A DNA stretch of 64,000 nucleotides from Burkholderiales bacterium. GTDB lineage: Bacteria; Pseudomonadota; Gammaproteobacteria; Burkholderiales; Thiobacteraceae. Shown here one piece after another: positions 1 to 8,859 of the stretch. A program made the position numbers and the translations under genes. The DNA is taken from positions 11,491-75,490 of the forward strand of contig JAIMAL010000003.1 of NCBI GenBank assembly GCA_023511995.1, read 5' to 3'. The notes beneath the pieces are model-generated. The model saw only the letters and a list, made by a program, of their open reading frames with translations, had not been told where the DNA came from and made no database searches. Numbering within the stretch: the first letter of the stretch is position 1; each line of letters begins with the position of its first letter.

Positions 1-1845
1 CTCTGCAAAAAAGACCGCATGGCCTACGCCAGCGCCGCCGAGCGCATGCTGGCCGCCATCGGTGAACCGGAGCTGGTGGACACCCGCCAGGACCCCCGGC
101 TCTCCCGCATCTTCTCCAACAAGGTCATCAAGATCTATCCCGCCTTCAAGGACTTCTACGGCATGGAGGAGACCATCGAGCAGATCGTCTCCTACTTCCG
201 CCACGCGGCGCAGGGCCTGGAGGAGAAAAAGCAGATTCTCTACCTGCTGGGGCCGGTGGGGGGTGGCAAGAGCTCTTTGGCGGAAAAGCTCAAACATCTC
301 ATGGAGCGCGTGCCCTTCTACGCCATCAAGGGCTCGCCGGTCAACGACTCGCCCCTTGCCCTCTTTTCCGCCGATGAGGACGGCGAGATCCTGGAGCAGG
401 AATACGGCATTCCCCGGCGCTATCTCAACAAGGTGCTGTCGCCCTGGGCGGTGAAGCGTCTGCACGAATTCAACGGGGACATCACCAAATTCCGCGTGGT
501 GAAGCGCTGGCCGTCCGTGCTGGGGCAGGTGGGCATCGCCAAGACCGAGCCGGGCGACGAAAACAACCAGGACATCTCCTCGCTGGTGGGCAAGGTGGAC
601 ATCCGCAAGCTGGAGAAATACTCCCAGGACGACCCCGATGCCTACAGCTACTCCGGCGGTTTGTGTCTGGCCAATCAGGGCCTGCTGGAATTCGTCGAGA
701 TGTTCAAGGCGCCCATCAAGGTGCTGCATCCCCTGCTCACCGCCACGCAGGAGGGCAACTACAAGGGCACGGAGGGCTTTGGCGCCATTCCCTTCGAGGG
801 CATCGTGCTCGCCCACAGCAACGAGAGCGAATGGCAGGCCTTCAAGAACAACCGCAACAACGAAGCCTTCCTCGACCGCATTTACATCGTCAAGGTGCCC
901 TACTGCCTGCGCGTGTCGGACGAGGTGAAGATTTACCAGAAGCTCCTGCGCAACAGCTCCCTTGCCGAGGCGCCCTGCGCACCGGGCACACTGGAAATGC
1001 TGGCGCAGTTTTCCGTGCTGACCCGGCTCAAGGAGCCGGAGAATTCCAGCATCTACAGCAAGATGCGGGTCTATGACGGTGAGAACCTGAAGGACATTGA
1101 CCCCAAGGCCAAGAGCTATCAGGAATACCGCGACTTCGCCGGTGTCGATGAGGGCATGACGGGGGTGTCCACCCGTTTCGCCTTCAAAATCCTGTCCAAG
1201 GTATTCAACTTCGATCACAGCGAAATTGCCGCCAACCCCGTGCATCTTCTTTACGTGCTGGAAAACCAGATCGAGCAGGAGCAACTGCCCCCCGAGGTGG
1301 AAAGCCGCTACATCGCCTTCATCAAGGAATACCTGGCGCCCCGTTACGTGGAATTCATCGAGAAGGAGCTGCAGACGGCCTATCTCGAATCCTATTCCGA
1401 GTACGGGCAGAACATTTTCGACCGCTACGTCACCTACGCCGACATGTGGATCCAGGATCAGGAATACCGCGATCCGGATACTGGCGAGATCCTCGACCGG
1501 GCGCAGCTCAACGCCGAACTGGAGAAAATCGAAAAACCGGCGGGGATCGCCAATCCCAAGGACTTCCGCCACGAGGTGGTGAACTTCGTGCTGCGGGCGC
1601 GGGCGGCCAACCATGGCAAGAACCCGGCCTGGACCAGCTACGAGAAACTGCGGGCGGTGATCGAAAAGCGGATGTTCTCCAGCACCGAGGACCTCCTGCC
1701 GGTCATTTCCTTCAACACCAAGGCCTCCAGCGAGGAGCAGAAGAAACATCAGGAATTCGTGCAGCGCATGGTGGCCAAGGGTTACACGGAAAAACAGGTG
1801 CGGCTCCTCGCCGAGTGGTATCTGCGGGCGAGGAAGTCGTCCTGA
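1..1845 (+). CDS. prkA: PrkA-family serine protein kinase (YeaG-like), 5' partial; the frame is open to base 1
   Basis: Track ORF 19..1845. The in-frame codons upstream of its first Met (LCKKDR-MAYASAAERML) resemble the E. coli YeaG region CRQDRSAYANAAERLL, about 30 aa into that protein, so the true start lies off-window. Walker A GPVGGGKSS. PrkA/YeaG-like along the whole length. Confidence 0.9.
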   Translation, partial: LCKKDRMAYASAAERMLAAIGEPELVDTRQDPRLSRIFSNKVIKIYPAFKDFYGMEETIEQIVSYFRHAAQGLEEKKQILYLLGPVGGGKSSLAEKLKHLMERVPFYAIKGSPVNDSPLALFSADEDGEILEQEYGIPRRYLNKVLSPWAVKRLHEFNGDITKFRVVKRWPSVLGQVGIAKTEPGDENNQDISSLVGKVDIRKLEKYSQDDPDAYSYSGGLCLANQGLLEFVEMFKAPIKVLHPLLTATQEGNYKGTEGFGAIPFEGIVLAHSNESEWQAFKNNRNNEAFLDRIYIVKVPYCLRVSDEVKIYQKLLRNSSLAEAPCAPGTLEMLAQFSVLTRLKEPENSSIYSKMRVYDGENLKDIDPKAKSYQEYRDFAGVDEGMTGVSTRFAFKILSKVFNFDHSEIAANPVHLLYVLENQIEQEQLPPEVESRYIAFIKEYLAPRYVEFIEKELQTAYLESYSEYGQNIFDRYVTYADMWIQDQEYRDPDTGEILDRAQLNAELEKIEKPAGIANPKDFRHEVVNFVLRARAANHGKNPAWTSYEKLRAVIEKRMFSSTEDLLPVISFNTKASSEEQKKHQEFVQRMVAKGYTEKQVRLLAEWYLRARKSS

Positions 1846-1945
1846 CGGCGTCTTTGCCGCGGAGGCTGACGATGAAAACGCCGGCGACCCGCAGCCGCCT
1901 GCCCCAGGGGAGACGCGCTTTAGGGTTTGAGGTCAAGGAGGCGGC

Positions 1946-3211
1946 ATGAGCCAGTTCGTCGATCGGCGCCTTTCCGGCAAGAACCGCAGCGCGGTCAACC
2001 GGCAGCGGTTTTTGCGCCGCTTCAAAAGCCAGATCCGGCAGGCGGTGCGGGAAGCGGTCTCCGGGCGCGGGGTGACCGATCTCGAACGGGGCGAGAAGAT
2101 TTCCATTCCGGCCAAGGATCTGTCCGAACCCATTTTCCACCACGGCCCCGGCGGGCGGCGCGTGATCGTCCATCCCGGCAACCGCGAATTCGTCACCGGG
2201 GATCGCATCGATCGACCCCCGGGCGGTGACGGCCGCGGCAGTGGCGGCTCCCCCGAAGGGGAGGGGCTGGACGATTTCGTCTTCGAGCTGTCCCGCGAAG
2301 AATTCATGAACTATTTCTTCGAGGACCTGGCGCTGCCGGACATGGTGAAAAAACAGCTCACCGCCGTGCCGGAGGTGAAACGGGTGCGCGCCGGCTTCGT
2401 CAGCCATGGCAATCCGGCCAATCTGCACGTGGTGCGCTCCATGAAACGGGCCATCGGCCGCCGGCTGGCGATGGGGGCGGGCGCGCGGGAACGCCTGGCG
2501 CAGGCGGAGGCGGCGCTGGAACAACTGGTGGCTTCCGGCCTGGCGGACAGTCCGGAAGCCGAGGCCCTGCGCGAGGAGGTGGAAAGCCTGCGGGCGCGGC
2601 TGGCGGCCATCCCCTTCCTCGATACCTGGGATTTGCGCTATGCCCACCACGTGGACAAGCCGCAACCCACGAGCCAGGCGGTGATGTTCTGCATCATGGA
2701 CGTCTCCGGCTCCATGGATGAGCAGCGCAAGGACATCGCCAAACGCTTCTTCATGCTGCTTTATCTCTTCCTCACCCGCAGCTACGAGCGGATCGATCTC
2801 GTCTTCATCCGCCATCACACGGTGGCGATGGAGGTGGATGAGGAGGATTTCTTCCATTCCCGCGAGACCGGCGGAACGGTGGTCTCGAGCGCCTTGGAGC
2901 TCATGCACGAGATCATCCGGGAACGTTACCCCAGCGCGGCCTGGAACATCTACTGTGCCCAGGCCTCCGACGGTGACAACTGGGAAGGCGATTCCCCCCG
3001 CTGCCGGGAGCTCCTTTTGCATTCCATCCTGCCCCTGGTGCAGTACTACGCCTACGTGGAGATCGAATCGGAGCACCCGCAAAGCCTCTGGCACGAATAC
3101 GAGTACGTGCATTCCCTCTATCCGCAGCGGTTCGCCATGCAGCGCATTCTGCGGCTGGAAGACATCTATCCGGTGTTCCGGGAGCTGTTCCGGAAAAAGG
3201 CCACGGCATGA
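1946..3211 (+). CDS. yeaH: YeaH-like DUF444 protein (vWA-like), the conserved PrkA partner
   Basis: 421-aa ORF 100 nt downstream of prkA. MIDAS-type DxSxS motif (MDVSGSM). Sits in the canonical prkA-yeaH-spoVR order. Confidence 0.8.
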   Translation: MSQFVDRRLSGKNRSAVNRQRFLRRFKSQIRQAVREAVSGRGVTDLERGEKISIPAKDLSEPIFHHGPGGRRVIVHPGNREFVTGDRIDRPPGGDGRGSGGSPEGEGLDDFVFELSREEFMNYFFEDLALPDMVKKQLTAVPEVKRVRAGFVSHGNPANLHVVRSMKRAIGRRLAMGAGARERLAQAEAALEQLVASGLADSPEAEALREEVESLRARLAAIPFLDTWDLRYAHHVDKPQPTSQAVMFCIMDVSGSMDEQRKDIAKRFFMLLYLFLTRSYERIDLVFIRHHTVAMEVDEEDFFHSRETGGTVVSSALELMHEIIRERYPSAAWNIYCAQASDGDNWEGDSPRCRELLLHSILPLVQYYAYVEIESEHPQSLWHEYEYVHSLYPQRFAMQRILRLEDIYPVFRELFRKKATA

Positions 3212-4719
3212 AGGAAGAGACGCCCATCAGACGCCGCCCCATTTCCGAGGGTTCGGACTGGAACTTCGACCTGCTGCGCGCCTATGACCGGGAAATCGCG
3301 CGGGTGGCGGCGGAATATGGCCTGGATACCTATCCCAATCAGATCGAGGTGATCACCTCCGAGCAGATGATCGATGCCTACTCTTCAGTGGGCATGCCCG
3401 TGGGTTACCACCACTGGTCCTTCGGCAAGCATTTCATGACCACGCAGAAAAGCTACAAGCGGGGCCAGATGGGGCTTGCCTACGAGATCGTGATCAACTC
3501 CAATCCCTGCATCGCCTACCTGATGGAGGAGAACACCATGACCATGCAGGCGCTGGTCATCGCCCACGCCTGCTATGGCCACAATTCTTTCTTCAAGAAC
3601 AACTATCTGTTCCGCACCTGGACCGATGCCGAGGCCATCCTCGACTACCTGGTCTTCGCACGCAATTACGTCGCCGAGTGCGAGGAACGCTATGGCGAGG
3701 AGGCGGTGGAGGAAATCCTCGATTCCTGCCACGCCCTGATGAACTACGGCGTGGACCGCTACAAGCGGCCGGCGAGGCTTTCCATGGCCAAGGAGCAGGC
3801 GCGCCAGCGGGAGCGGGAAGCCTATCTCCAGTCCCAGGTGAACCTCCTGTGGCGCACGTTGCCGGCCCGGGAGGCCGCGAAGCGGGAGCAGGAGGCGGAG
3901 CGCTTCCCCCCCGAGCCGCAGGAGAATCTGCTCTACTTCATCGAAAAGCATGCGCCGCGGCTTGCGCCCTGGCAGCGGGAGATCGTGCGCATCGTGCGCA
4001 AAATCGCCCAGTATTTCTATCCCCAGCGGCAGACCCAGGTGATGAACGAGGGTTGGGCCACCTTCTGGCACTATACGCTGCTCAATCACCTTTACGACGA
4101 GGGGCGGCTTACCGATGGGTTCATGATCGAGTTTCTCCAGTCCCACACCAACGTCGTCTATCAGCCGCCCTTCTACAGCCGCGCCTACGGTGGCATCAAT
4201 CCCTATGCCCTGGGGTTCAACATGTTCCGCGATCTGCGCCGCATCTGCGAAAACCCCACCGAGGAAGACCGGCGCTGGTTCCCCGACATCGCCGGGGGTG
4301 ACTGGCGCAAAGTGCTGGACTTCGCCATGCGCAACTTCAAGGACGAAAGCTTCATCGCCCAGTATCTCTCGCCCCATCTCATCCGCGAAATGCGCCTGTT
4401 CGCCGTGGTGGACGATGACCGGGAGGAAAAACTGGAGGTGGCGGCCATCCACGACGAGGCCGGTTATCTGCAACTGCGCCGCTGGCTTGCCGATCAATAC
4501 AACCTCGGCCACCGCGAGCCCAACATCCAGGTGTGGGAGGTGGACCTCTACGGTGACCGCTCCCTCACCCTGCGTCATTTCATGCACGACCGCCGTCCCC
4601 TGGGTGACAGCACGCCGGAGATGCTCAAACACGTGGCGCGCCTCTGGGGTTACGACGTCTATCTGGAAAGTGTGGACGAAACCGGCGAAGTGCAGTACGC
4701 GGAAGAGTGCCGCGTCTGA
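3208..4719 (+). CDS. SpoVR/YcgB family protein
   Basis: 503-aa ORF whose ATG overlaps the yeaH stop (ATGA at 3208-3211). SpoVR-like sequence, e.g. HACYGHNSFFKNN. Confidence 0.85.
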   Translation: MKEETPIRRRPISEGSDWNFDLLRAYDREIARVAAEYGLDTYPNQIEVITSEQMIDAYSSVGMPVGYHHWSFGKHFMTTQKSYKRGQMGLAYEIVINSNPCIAYLMEENTMTMQALVIAHACYGHNSFFKNNYLFRTWTDAEAILDYLVFARNYVAECEERYGEEAVEEILDSCHALMNYGVDRYKRPARLSMAKEQARQREREAYLQSQVNLLWRTLPAREAAKREQEAERFPPEPQENLLYFIEKHAPRLAPWQREIVRIVRKIAQYFYPQRQTQVMNEGWATFWHYTLLNHLYDEGRLTDGFMIEFLQSHTNVVYQPPFYSRAYGGINPYALGFNMFRDLRRICENPTEEDRRWFPDIAGGDWRKVLDFAMRNFKDESFIAQYLSPHLIREMRLFAVVDDDREEKLEVAAIHDEAGYLQLRRWLADQYNLGHREPNIQVWEVDLYGDRSLTLRHFMHDRRPLGDSTPEMLKHVARLWGYDVYLESVDETGEVQYAEECRV

Positions 4720-4756
4720 CCGGACGGCACGCGCCTTAGAGCCCTCCATGCCAAAG

Positions 4757-5305
4757 TCATTGCCGTGGTAAATTCCTCTGGCGGCGCCGCCGCCACTGGA
4801 GCACCACGCCCAGACGCCACAACCCCCGCACGGTGAAATAGCCCACCAGGGAAAGGGTGGAGGCCAGAATCAGCACGCCCACCAAAAGCGTGGGACCCAG
4901 GGAGGCCAGCCAGTGGAAGAAGGCGGGAATGGCCGCCAGCCAGTCGCCCCGCCAGTCGAATTCGAAGGCCGTCACCTGGGCGCCCGAGTTGGGATAGACC
5001 CATTTGCCGATCTCGTAGGCGAGCAGGTAGAGGGGCACGAAGGTGAAGGGGTTGGTGTAGAGGGTGGTGAGCACCGCCACCGGCAGGTTGACGCGGAAGA
5101 TCACCGACAGGATGGCGGCGAAAAGCATCTGCACCGGCCCCGGGATGAGGCCGGTGAACAGGCCCACCGCCACCCCGCCGGCCACGGAGCGGCGGTTGAG
5201 GTGCCAGAGGTTCGGGTGATGCAGCACCGGGGCCAGCCAGCGCACGGATGGATGGTCGCGGATGTGCCGGGGATGGGGCAGGTGTTTGCGGAATAGATGC
5301 TTCAT
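4757..5305 (-). CDS. DUF2062-like small membrane protein
   Basis: Track ORF 4757..5476 trimmed to Met58 (ATG = complement of 5303-5305), giving MKHLFRKHLP... The product has several hydrophobic helices and a basic C-terminal tail. The family name is from recall. Confidence 0.6.
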   Translation of the reverse strand: MKHLFRKHLPHPRHIRDHPSVRWLAPVLHHPNLWHLNRRSVAGGVAVGLFTGLIPGPVQMLFAAILSVIFRVNLPVAVLTTLYTNPFTFVPLYLLAYEIGKWVYPNSGAQVTAFEFDWRGDWLAAIPAFFHWLASLGPTLLVGVLILASTLSLVGYFTVRGLWRLGVVLQWRRRRQRNLPRQ

Positions 5306-7694
5306 GGGAAAGGGGCGTTTGCTCATTATAAGCTTCGTCCTCGGGGTGGCATGGCTGCAGCAGCAGGCAAGCCTCCCCGCCGCCACGGCGGCCCTCTGGC
5401 TGCCCGTTTTCGCGGGAGCCGCCCTGTTCTCTCTGCCCCGGCTGCCACGGCTTGGGCTGGCTTTCGCGCTCGCCACGGCCTTCCTCGCCGGCTTCCACTA
5501 TGCTGGCTGGCGTGCCCAACTGCGCCTGGCGGATGCCCTGCCTTCGGCGTGGGAGGGCCGCGACATCCGGGTGGTGGGCGTGGTGGCGGACTTGCCCCAG
5601 TTCACCGAGCGGGGCCTGCGTTTCCCCTTCGATGTGGAGGAGGTGCTGACCCCGGGCGCGCAGGTGCCCCGTCGCATCCAGTTGTTCTGGTTCCGCCACG
5701 CCGAGGATGCCGACGAGGGCGCCCATCTCAATCCCGCGCGGCTGCGCGCCGGAGAACGCTGGCAGTGGACCGTGCGCCTCAAGCGCCCCCATGGGACGGT
5801 CAATGCCCATGGTTTCGATTACGAGTATCACCTGCTGGAGCGGGGCATCCGCGCCACCGGTTACATCCGCCAGGACCCCGAGAATTTCCGCATCGATCAC
5901 TTTGTCGTTAAGCCGGCCTACCTCATCGGCCGGCTGCGTGACGCCATTGCGCGGCGCATGGCGGCGGCCCTCGCCGGCAAGCCCTTCGGCGGGGTGTTGA
6001 TCGCCCTGGCCATCGGTGAGCAGGGGGGGATTACCCAGGATCAGTGGCGGCTGTTCACCCGCACCGGCATCAACCATCTGGTGGCCATTTCCGGCCTGCA
6101 CGTGACGCTTTTCTCTGGCCTGGTGTTCGCCATCGTTCACTGGGCCTGGCGGCGCAGCCCGCGGCTTGCCCAATGGTGGCCGGCGCGCAAGGCGGCGCTC
6201 CTTTTCGCCGTGCTGGCGGCCCTGGCCTATGCCCTGCTCACCGGCTTCGCCGTGCCCGCCCAGCGCACCTTCTACATGGTGGCGGCGGCGGCCGTGGCGG
6301 CCTGGCGCGACGAAGTCCTTTCCCCATCGCGCGTGCTGAGCCTTGCCCTGGGTGCTGTCATCCTCCTCGACCCTTGGGCTGTGCGTGCGCCCGGCTTCTG
6401 GCTGTCTTTCGCCGCGGTGGCGCTGATCTTCTATGTCTGCGCCCACCGCCTCGGCCGCGCAAGCCGCCCGGTGGAGGCGGCGCGCATCCAGTGGGCGGTG
6501 ACCGTGGGGCTCATTCCCCTGCTCCTCGTGCTCTTCCAGCAGGCTTCGCTGGTGTCACCCCTCGCCAATGCCATTGCCATTCCCCTGGTGAGTTTCGTCG
6601 TCGTGCCGCTTACCCTCGCCGGGGCCTTTCTTGGTCTGGACAGCCTCCTGGCCGCTGCCCATGCCGTGCTTGCCCTGGGGCTGATGCCCCTCGCCTGGCT
6701 CGCCGAGTGGCCCGCCGCCGTCTGGCAGCAACATGCGCCGCCGTTGTGGACGGTGGCGGTGGCGGTGGTGGGGGTGGCCTGGCTCCTCGCGCCGCGGGGC
6801 TTTCCTGCACGCTGGGCGGGGACCTTCGCCTTTCTGCCCCTGTTTCTCCTCGCCCCACCGCCGCTGCCGCCGGCCACCCTGGAGGCGACGGTGCTGGACG
6901 TGGGCCAGGGGTTGGCCGTGCTGCTGCGCACCCGCGACCATGCCTTGCTTTTCGATGCCGGGCCGCGTTTTGCCACCGACGCCGACAGCGGCAGCCGCAT
7001 CGTCCTCCCCCATCTGCGTGCGGTGGGAGTGAAGCGCCTCGACGGCTTCATCGTTTCCCATGCCGACAACGACCACGCGGGCGGGGCCCCTTCCGTGCTC
7101 GATGGCGTGCCGGTGGACTGGGTGCTCGCCTCGCTGCCGGCGGAAGACCCGCTGCGGCTTGCCGCGCCGCGCTTTCTTTCCTGCCAGGCGGGCCAGCAGT
7201 GGCAATGGGATGGCGTGGTCTTCCGCATCCTCCACCCCTCGCCGCAGGCGGCTGCCTATCGCAAGGCCAATGACCGCGGCTGTGTGCTGCAGGCGAGCGT
7301 GGGCCGCCGCGCCCTTTTGATCCCCGCCGACATCGAGGCGCGGGCGGAGCGGGAGATCATCGCCCGCCTGGGGGAGGCGCTGGAAAGTGAGGTGCTGATC
7401 GTGCCCCACCATGGCAGCCGGACGTCCTCCACAGTGGAATTCATCGGCCACGTGGCCCCGGAATGGGCGGTCTTCACCGTCGGCTATCGCAACCGCTTCG
7501 GCCATCCCAAGGCGGAGGTGGTGGAGCGCTACCGCCTGTGGGGCAGCCGGCTGCTGCGCAGTGACGAAAGCGGGGCGCTCACCTTCCTTCTCACGGACGG
7601 CGGGGTCGAGGTGAGCGAGGAGCGGGCCCGCCAGCCCCGCTACTGGCGAGCCGGAAGGGGGGAAGTTACTGCTTCTTCAGGCACTGGCTCATGA
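5304..7694 (+). CDS. comEC: DNA internalization-related competence protein ComEC/Rec2
   Basis: Track ORF 5262..7694 trimmed to MGKGRLLIISFVLGVAWL (ATG 5304). Polytopic competence domain plus C-terminal metallo-beta-lactamase motif (VSHADNDHAGG). The start codon is uncertain. Confidence 0.85.
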   Translation: MGKGRLLIISFVLGVAWLQQQASLPAATAALWLPVFAGAALFSLPRLPRLGLAFALATAFLAGFHYAGWRAQLRLADALPSAWEGRDIRVVGVVADLPQFTERGLRFPFDVEEVLTPGAQVPRRIQLFWFRHAEDADEGAHLNPARLRAGERWQWTVRLKRPHGTVNAHGFDYEYHLLERGIRATGYIRQDPENFRIDHFVVKPAYLIGRLRDAIARRMAAALAGKPFGGVLIALAIGEQGGITQDQWRLFTRTGINHLVAISGLHVTLFSGLVFAIVHWAWRRSPRLAQWWPARKAALLFAVLAALAYALLTGFAVPAQRTFYMVAAAAVAAWRDEVLSPSRVLSLALGAVILLDPWAVRAPGFWLSFAAVALIFYVCAHRLGRASRPVEAARIQWAVTVGLIPLLLVLFQQASLVSPLANAIAIPLVSFVVVPLTLAGAFLGLDSLLAAAHAVLALGLMPLAWLAEWPAAVWQQHAPPLWTVAVAVVGVAWLLAPRGFPARWAGTFAFLPLFLLAPPPLPPATLEATVLDVGQGLAVLLRTRDHALLFDAGPRFATDADSGSRIVLPHLRAVGVKRLDGFIVSHADNDHAGGAPSVLDGVPVDWVLASLPAEDPLRLAAPRFLSCQAGQQWQWDGVVFRILHPSPQAAAYRKANDRGCVLQASVGRRALLIPADIEARAEREIIARLGEALESEVLIVPHHGSRTSSTVEFIGHVAPEWAVFTVGYRNRFGHPKAEVVERYRLWGSRLLRSDESGALTFLLTDGGVEVSEERARQPRYWRAGRGEVTASSGTGS

Positions 7695-7977
7695 ATTTCC
7701 TGCGCGCATCGCCTTTGAGGTTCTGCTCCTTGGCCTGGCGGCTGCAGTCGGCCATGCGTTGCTGCTGCTCGGTGCGCGCCTTGCCCGCCTCGCCGCCTCC
7801 TTTGAGGCATTGGCTCATGAACTGTTTGCGCTCATCGCCCATGAGGCCCTGTTTGCCCGCCTCCTCATTGCAGTGGCGCATGCGTTCCTGCTGGGGGGTG
7901 GGGGCTTTCTCTTCCTTGGCATGGGCGGCCGGAAGGGTGGCGAGCGCAAGGGTGAGGGCAAGCAGAAGTCGTTTCAT
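7666..7977 (-). CDS. psiF: PsiF-family periplasmic repeat protein
   Basis: Trimmed to MKRLLLALTLALATLPAAHA (ATG = complement of 7975-7977), preceded by GGAGGAGAA. Signal peptide followed by two repeats that both end in FMSQCLK. Confidence 0.75.
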   Translation of the reverse strand: MKRLLLALTLALATLPAAHAKEEKAPTPQQERMRHCNEEAGKQGLMGDERKQFMSQCLKGGGEAGKARTEQQQRMADCSRQAKEQNLKGDARRKFMSQCLKKQ

Positions 7978-8002
7978 CGTTTCTCCTCCGTTCACGGTTG
8001 AC

Positions 8003-8035
8003 GAAAAAGCGGCCGATGACAAAGTCATCGGCCGC
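8003..8035 (-). terminator. Rho-independent terminator after the asr-like gene
   Basis: Perfect 12-bp inverted repeat GCGGCCGATGAC-aaa-GTCATCGGCCGC (8009-8035). On the minus strand it is followed by TTTTT (plus-strand A-run 8004-8008). It lies 31 nt downstream of the stop codon at 8067-8069. Confidence 0.75.
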
Positions 8036-8066
8036 CATTTTAATCCTCTGCGGGGCGCCGCCTGTC

Positions 8067-8264
8067 TTACTTGGCAGCCGGCGCGGCAGCCTCGGGCTTG
8101 TGGGTGCGCTTGTGGCTGCGCTTGTGGGTTTTCTTCTTGGCCGGGGCATCCGCCGATTTGGCCTGGGCGGCAGCCGGCTCCGCGGGCGCGGCGGCGTCGG
8201 CGGCAAAGGCGCTGGTGGCCAGGGCGAAAGAGGCGGCAATCAGGCTGGCGAAGAGTTTGTTCAT
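8067..8264 (-). CDS. Small secreted Ala/Lys/His-rich protein (acid-shock Asr-like)
   Basis: 65-aa ORF with signal peptide MNKLFASLIAASFALATSAFA. The mature part is low complexity (AKKKTHKRSHKRTHKPEAAAPAAK) and resembles Asr-type basic periplasmic proteins. It has its own terminator. Confidence 0.55.
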   Translation of the reverse strand: MNKLFASLIAASFALATSAFAADAAAPAEPAAAQAKSADAPAKKKTHKRSHKRTHKPEAAAPAAK

Positions 8265-8384
8265 GGTTGACTCCTTTTGTGAACGATGGTTAAAGGAAAC
8301 AGCACGGCTCCCGTGCTATCGTCCTTAACGCAGGGGGGCCGCGTGGGTTGACAGGGATGAAAACTTTTTTCGAGGAGCAGATGG

Positions 8385-8777
8385 ATGGGATCGATGCGAA
8401 CCCTCTTCCTATTGCTGGCGGCCCTGGGGCTGGCGGGTTGCGAGGCGGCAGCTCTGACGGCGCTGGGTGTGGGCGCCTCGGCGGGGGTTTCCCACACCTT
8501 GAGTGGCATCACTTACCGCACCTTTGCCGAACCCCTGCCCAAGGTGAAGGCGGCAAGTCTCAAGGCGCTGCAGCGCATGCAGATCAAGGTGGCGGGCACT
8601 TCCCGCATCGAAAACGGGGAGCAGATCAAGGCCCGGGCGGCCGACCGGGACATCGAAATCGAGCTGGAGGCGCTGAGCCCCAACACCACCCGCATGCGCG
8701 TGGTGGCCTCCCAGGGACTTCTGAAGGACAGCGCCACGGCCACCGAGATCATCATGCAGACGGAGCGCTCCCTGTGA
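8385..8777 (+). CDS. DUF3568-like lipoprotein
   Basis: 130-aa ORF with GAGGAG 7 nt upstream of ATG 8385. Lipobox LGLAGC. The family name is from recall. I preferred it to the overlapping alternative-frame ORF 8348..8839, which is Gly/Arg-rich. Confidence 0.6.
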   Translation: MGSMRTLFLLLAALGLAGCEAAALTALGVGASAGVSHTLSGITYRTFAEPLPKVKAASLKALQRMQIKVAGTSRIENGEQIKARAADRDIEIELEALSPNTTRMRVVASQGLLKDSATATEIIMQTERSL

Positions 8778-8859
8778 GGATTTCCCTGAACCGTGCAAGG
8801 TGGGAGTTAGCGGCCGGCTCGTGCCGGCATTCGATGTGACCTGAGAAGAGGAGGCAATC

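Noticed and set aside
19-21. ATG at 19 as the true prkA start
   Set aside because: The frame stays open to base 1, and the upstream residues still align with the YeaG N-terminal region. The gene is therefore cut by the window edge.
4659-6446. 595-aa minus-strand ORF spanning the DUF2062/comEC region
   Set aside because: It lies antisense to, or out of frame with, recognisable genes. The product is Arg/Gly/Pro/Ala-rich with no motif. This is the typical shadow ORF of GC-rich DNA.
8265-8384. Pho box upstream of the asr-like gene, expected because asr and psiF are PhoB targets in E. coli
   Set aside because: Only a single CTGTCAA half-site is present on the minus strand. The position 11 nt upstream (AGTTTTC) does not match CTGTCAT.
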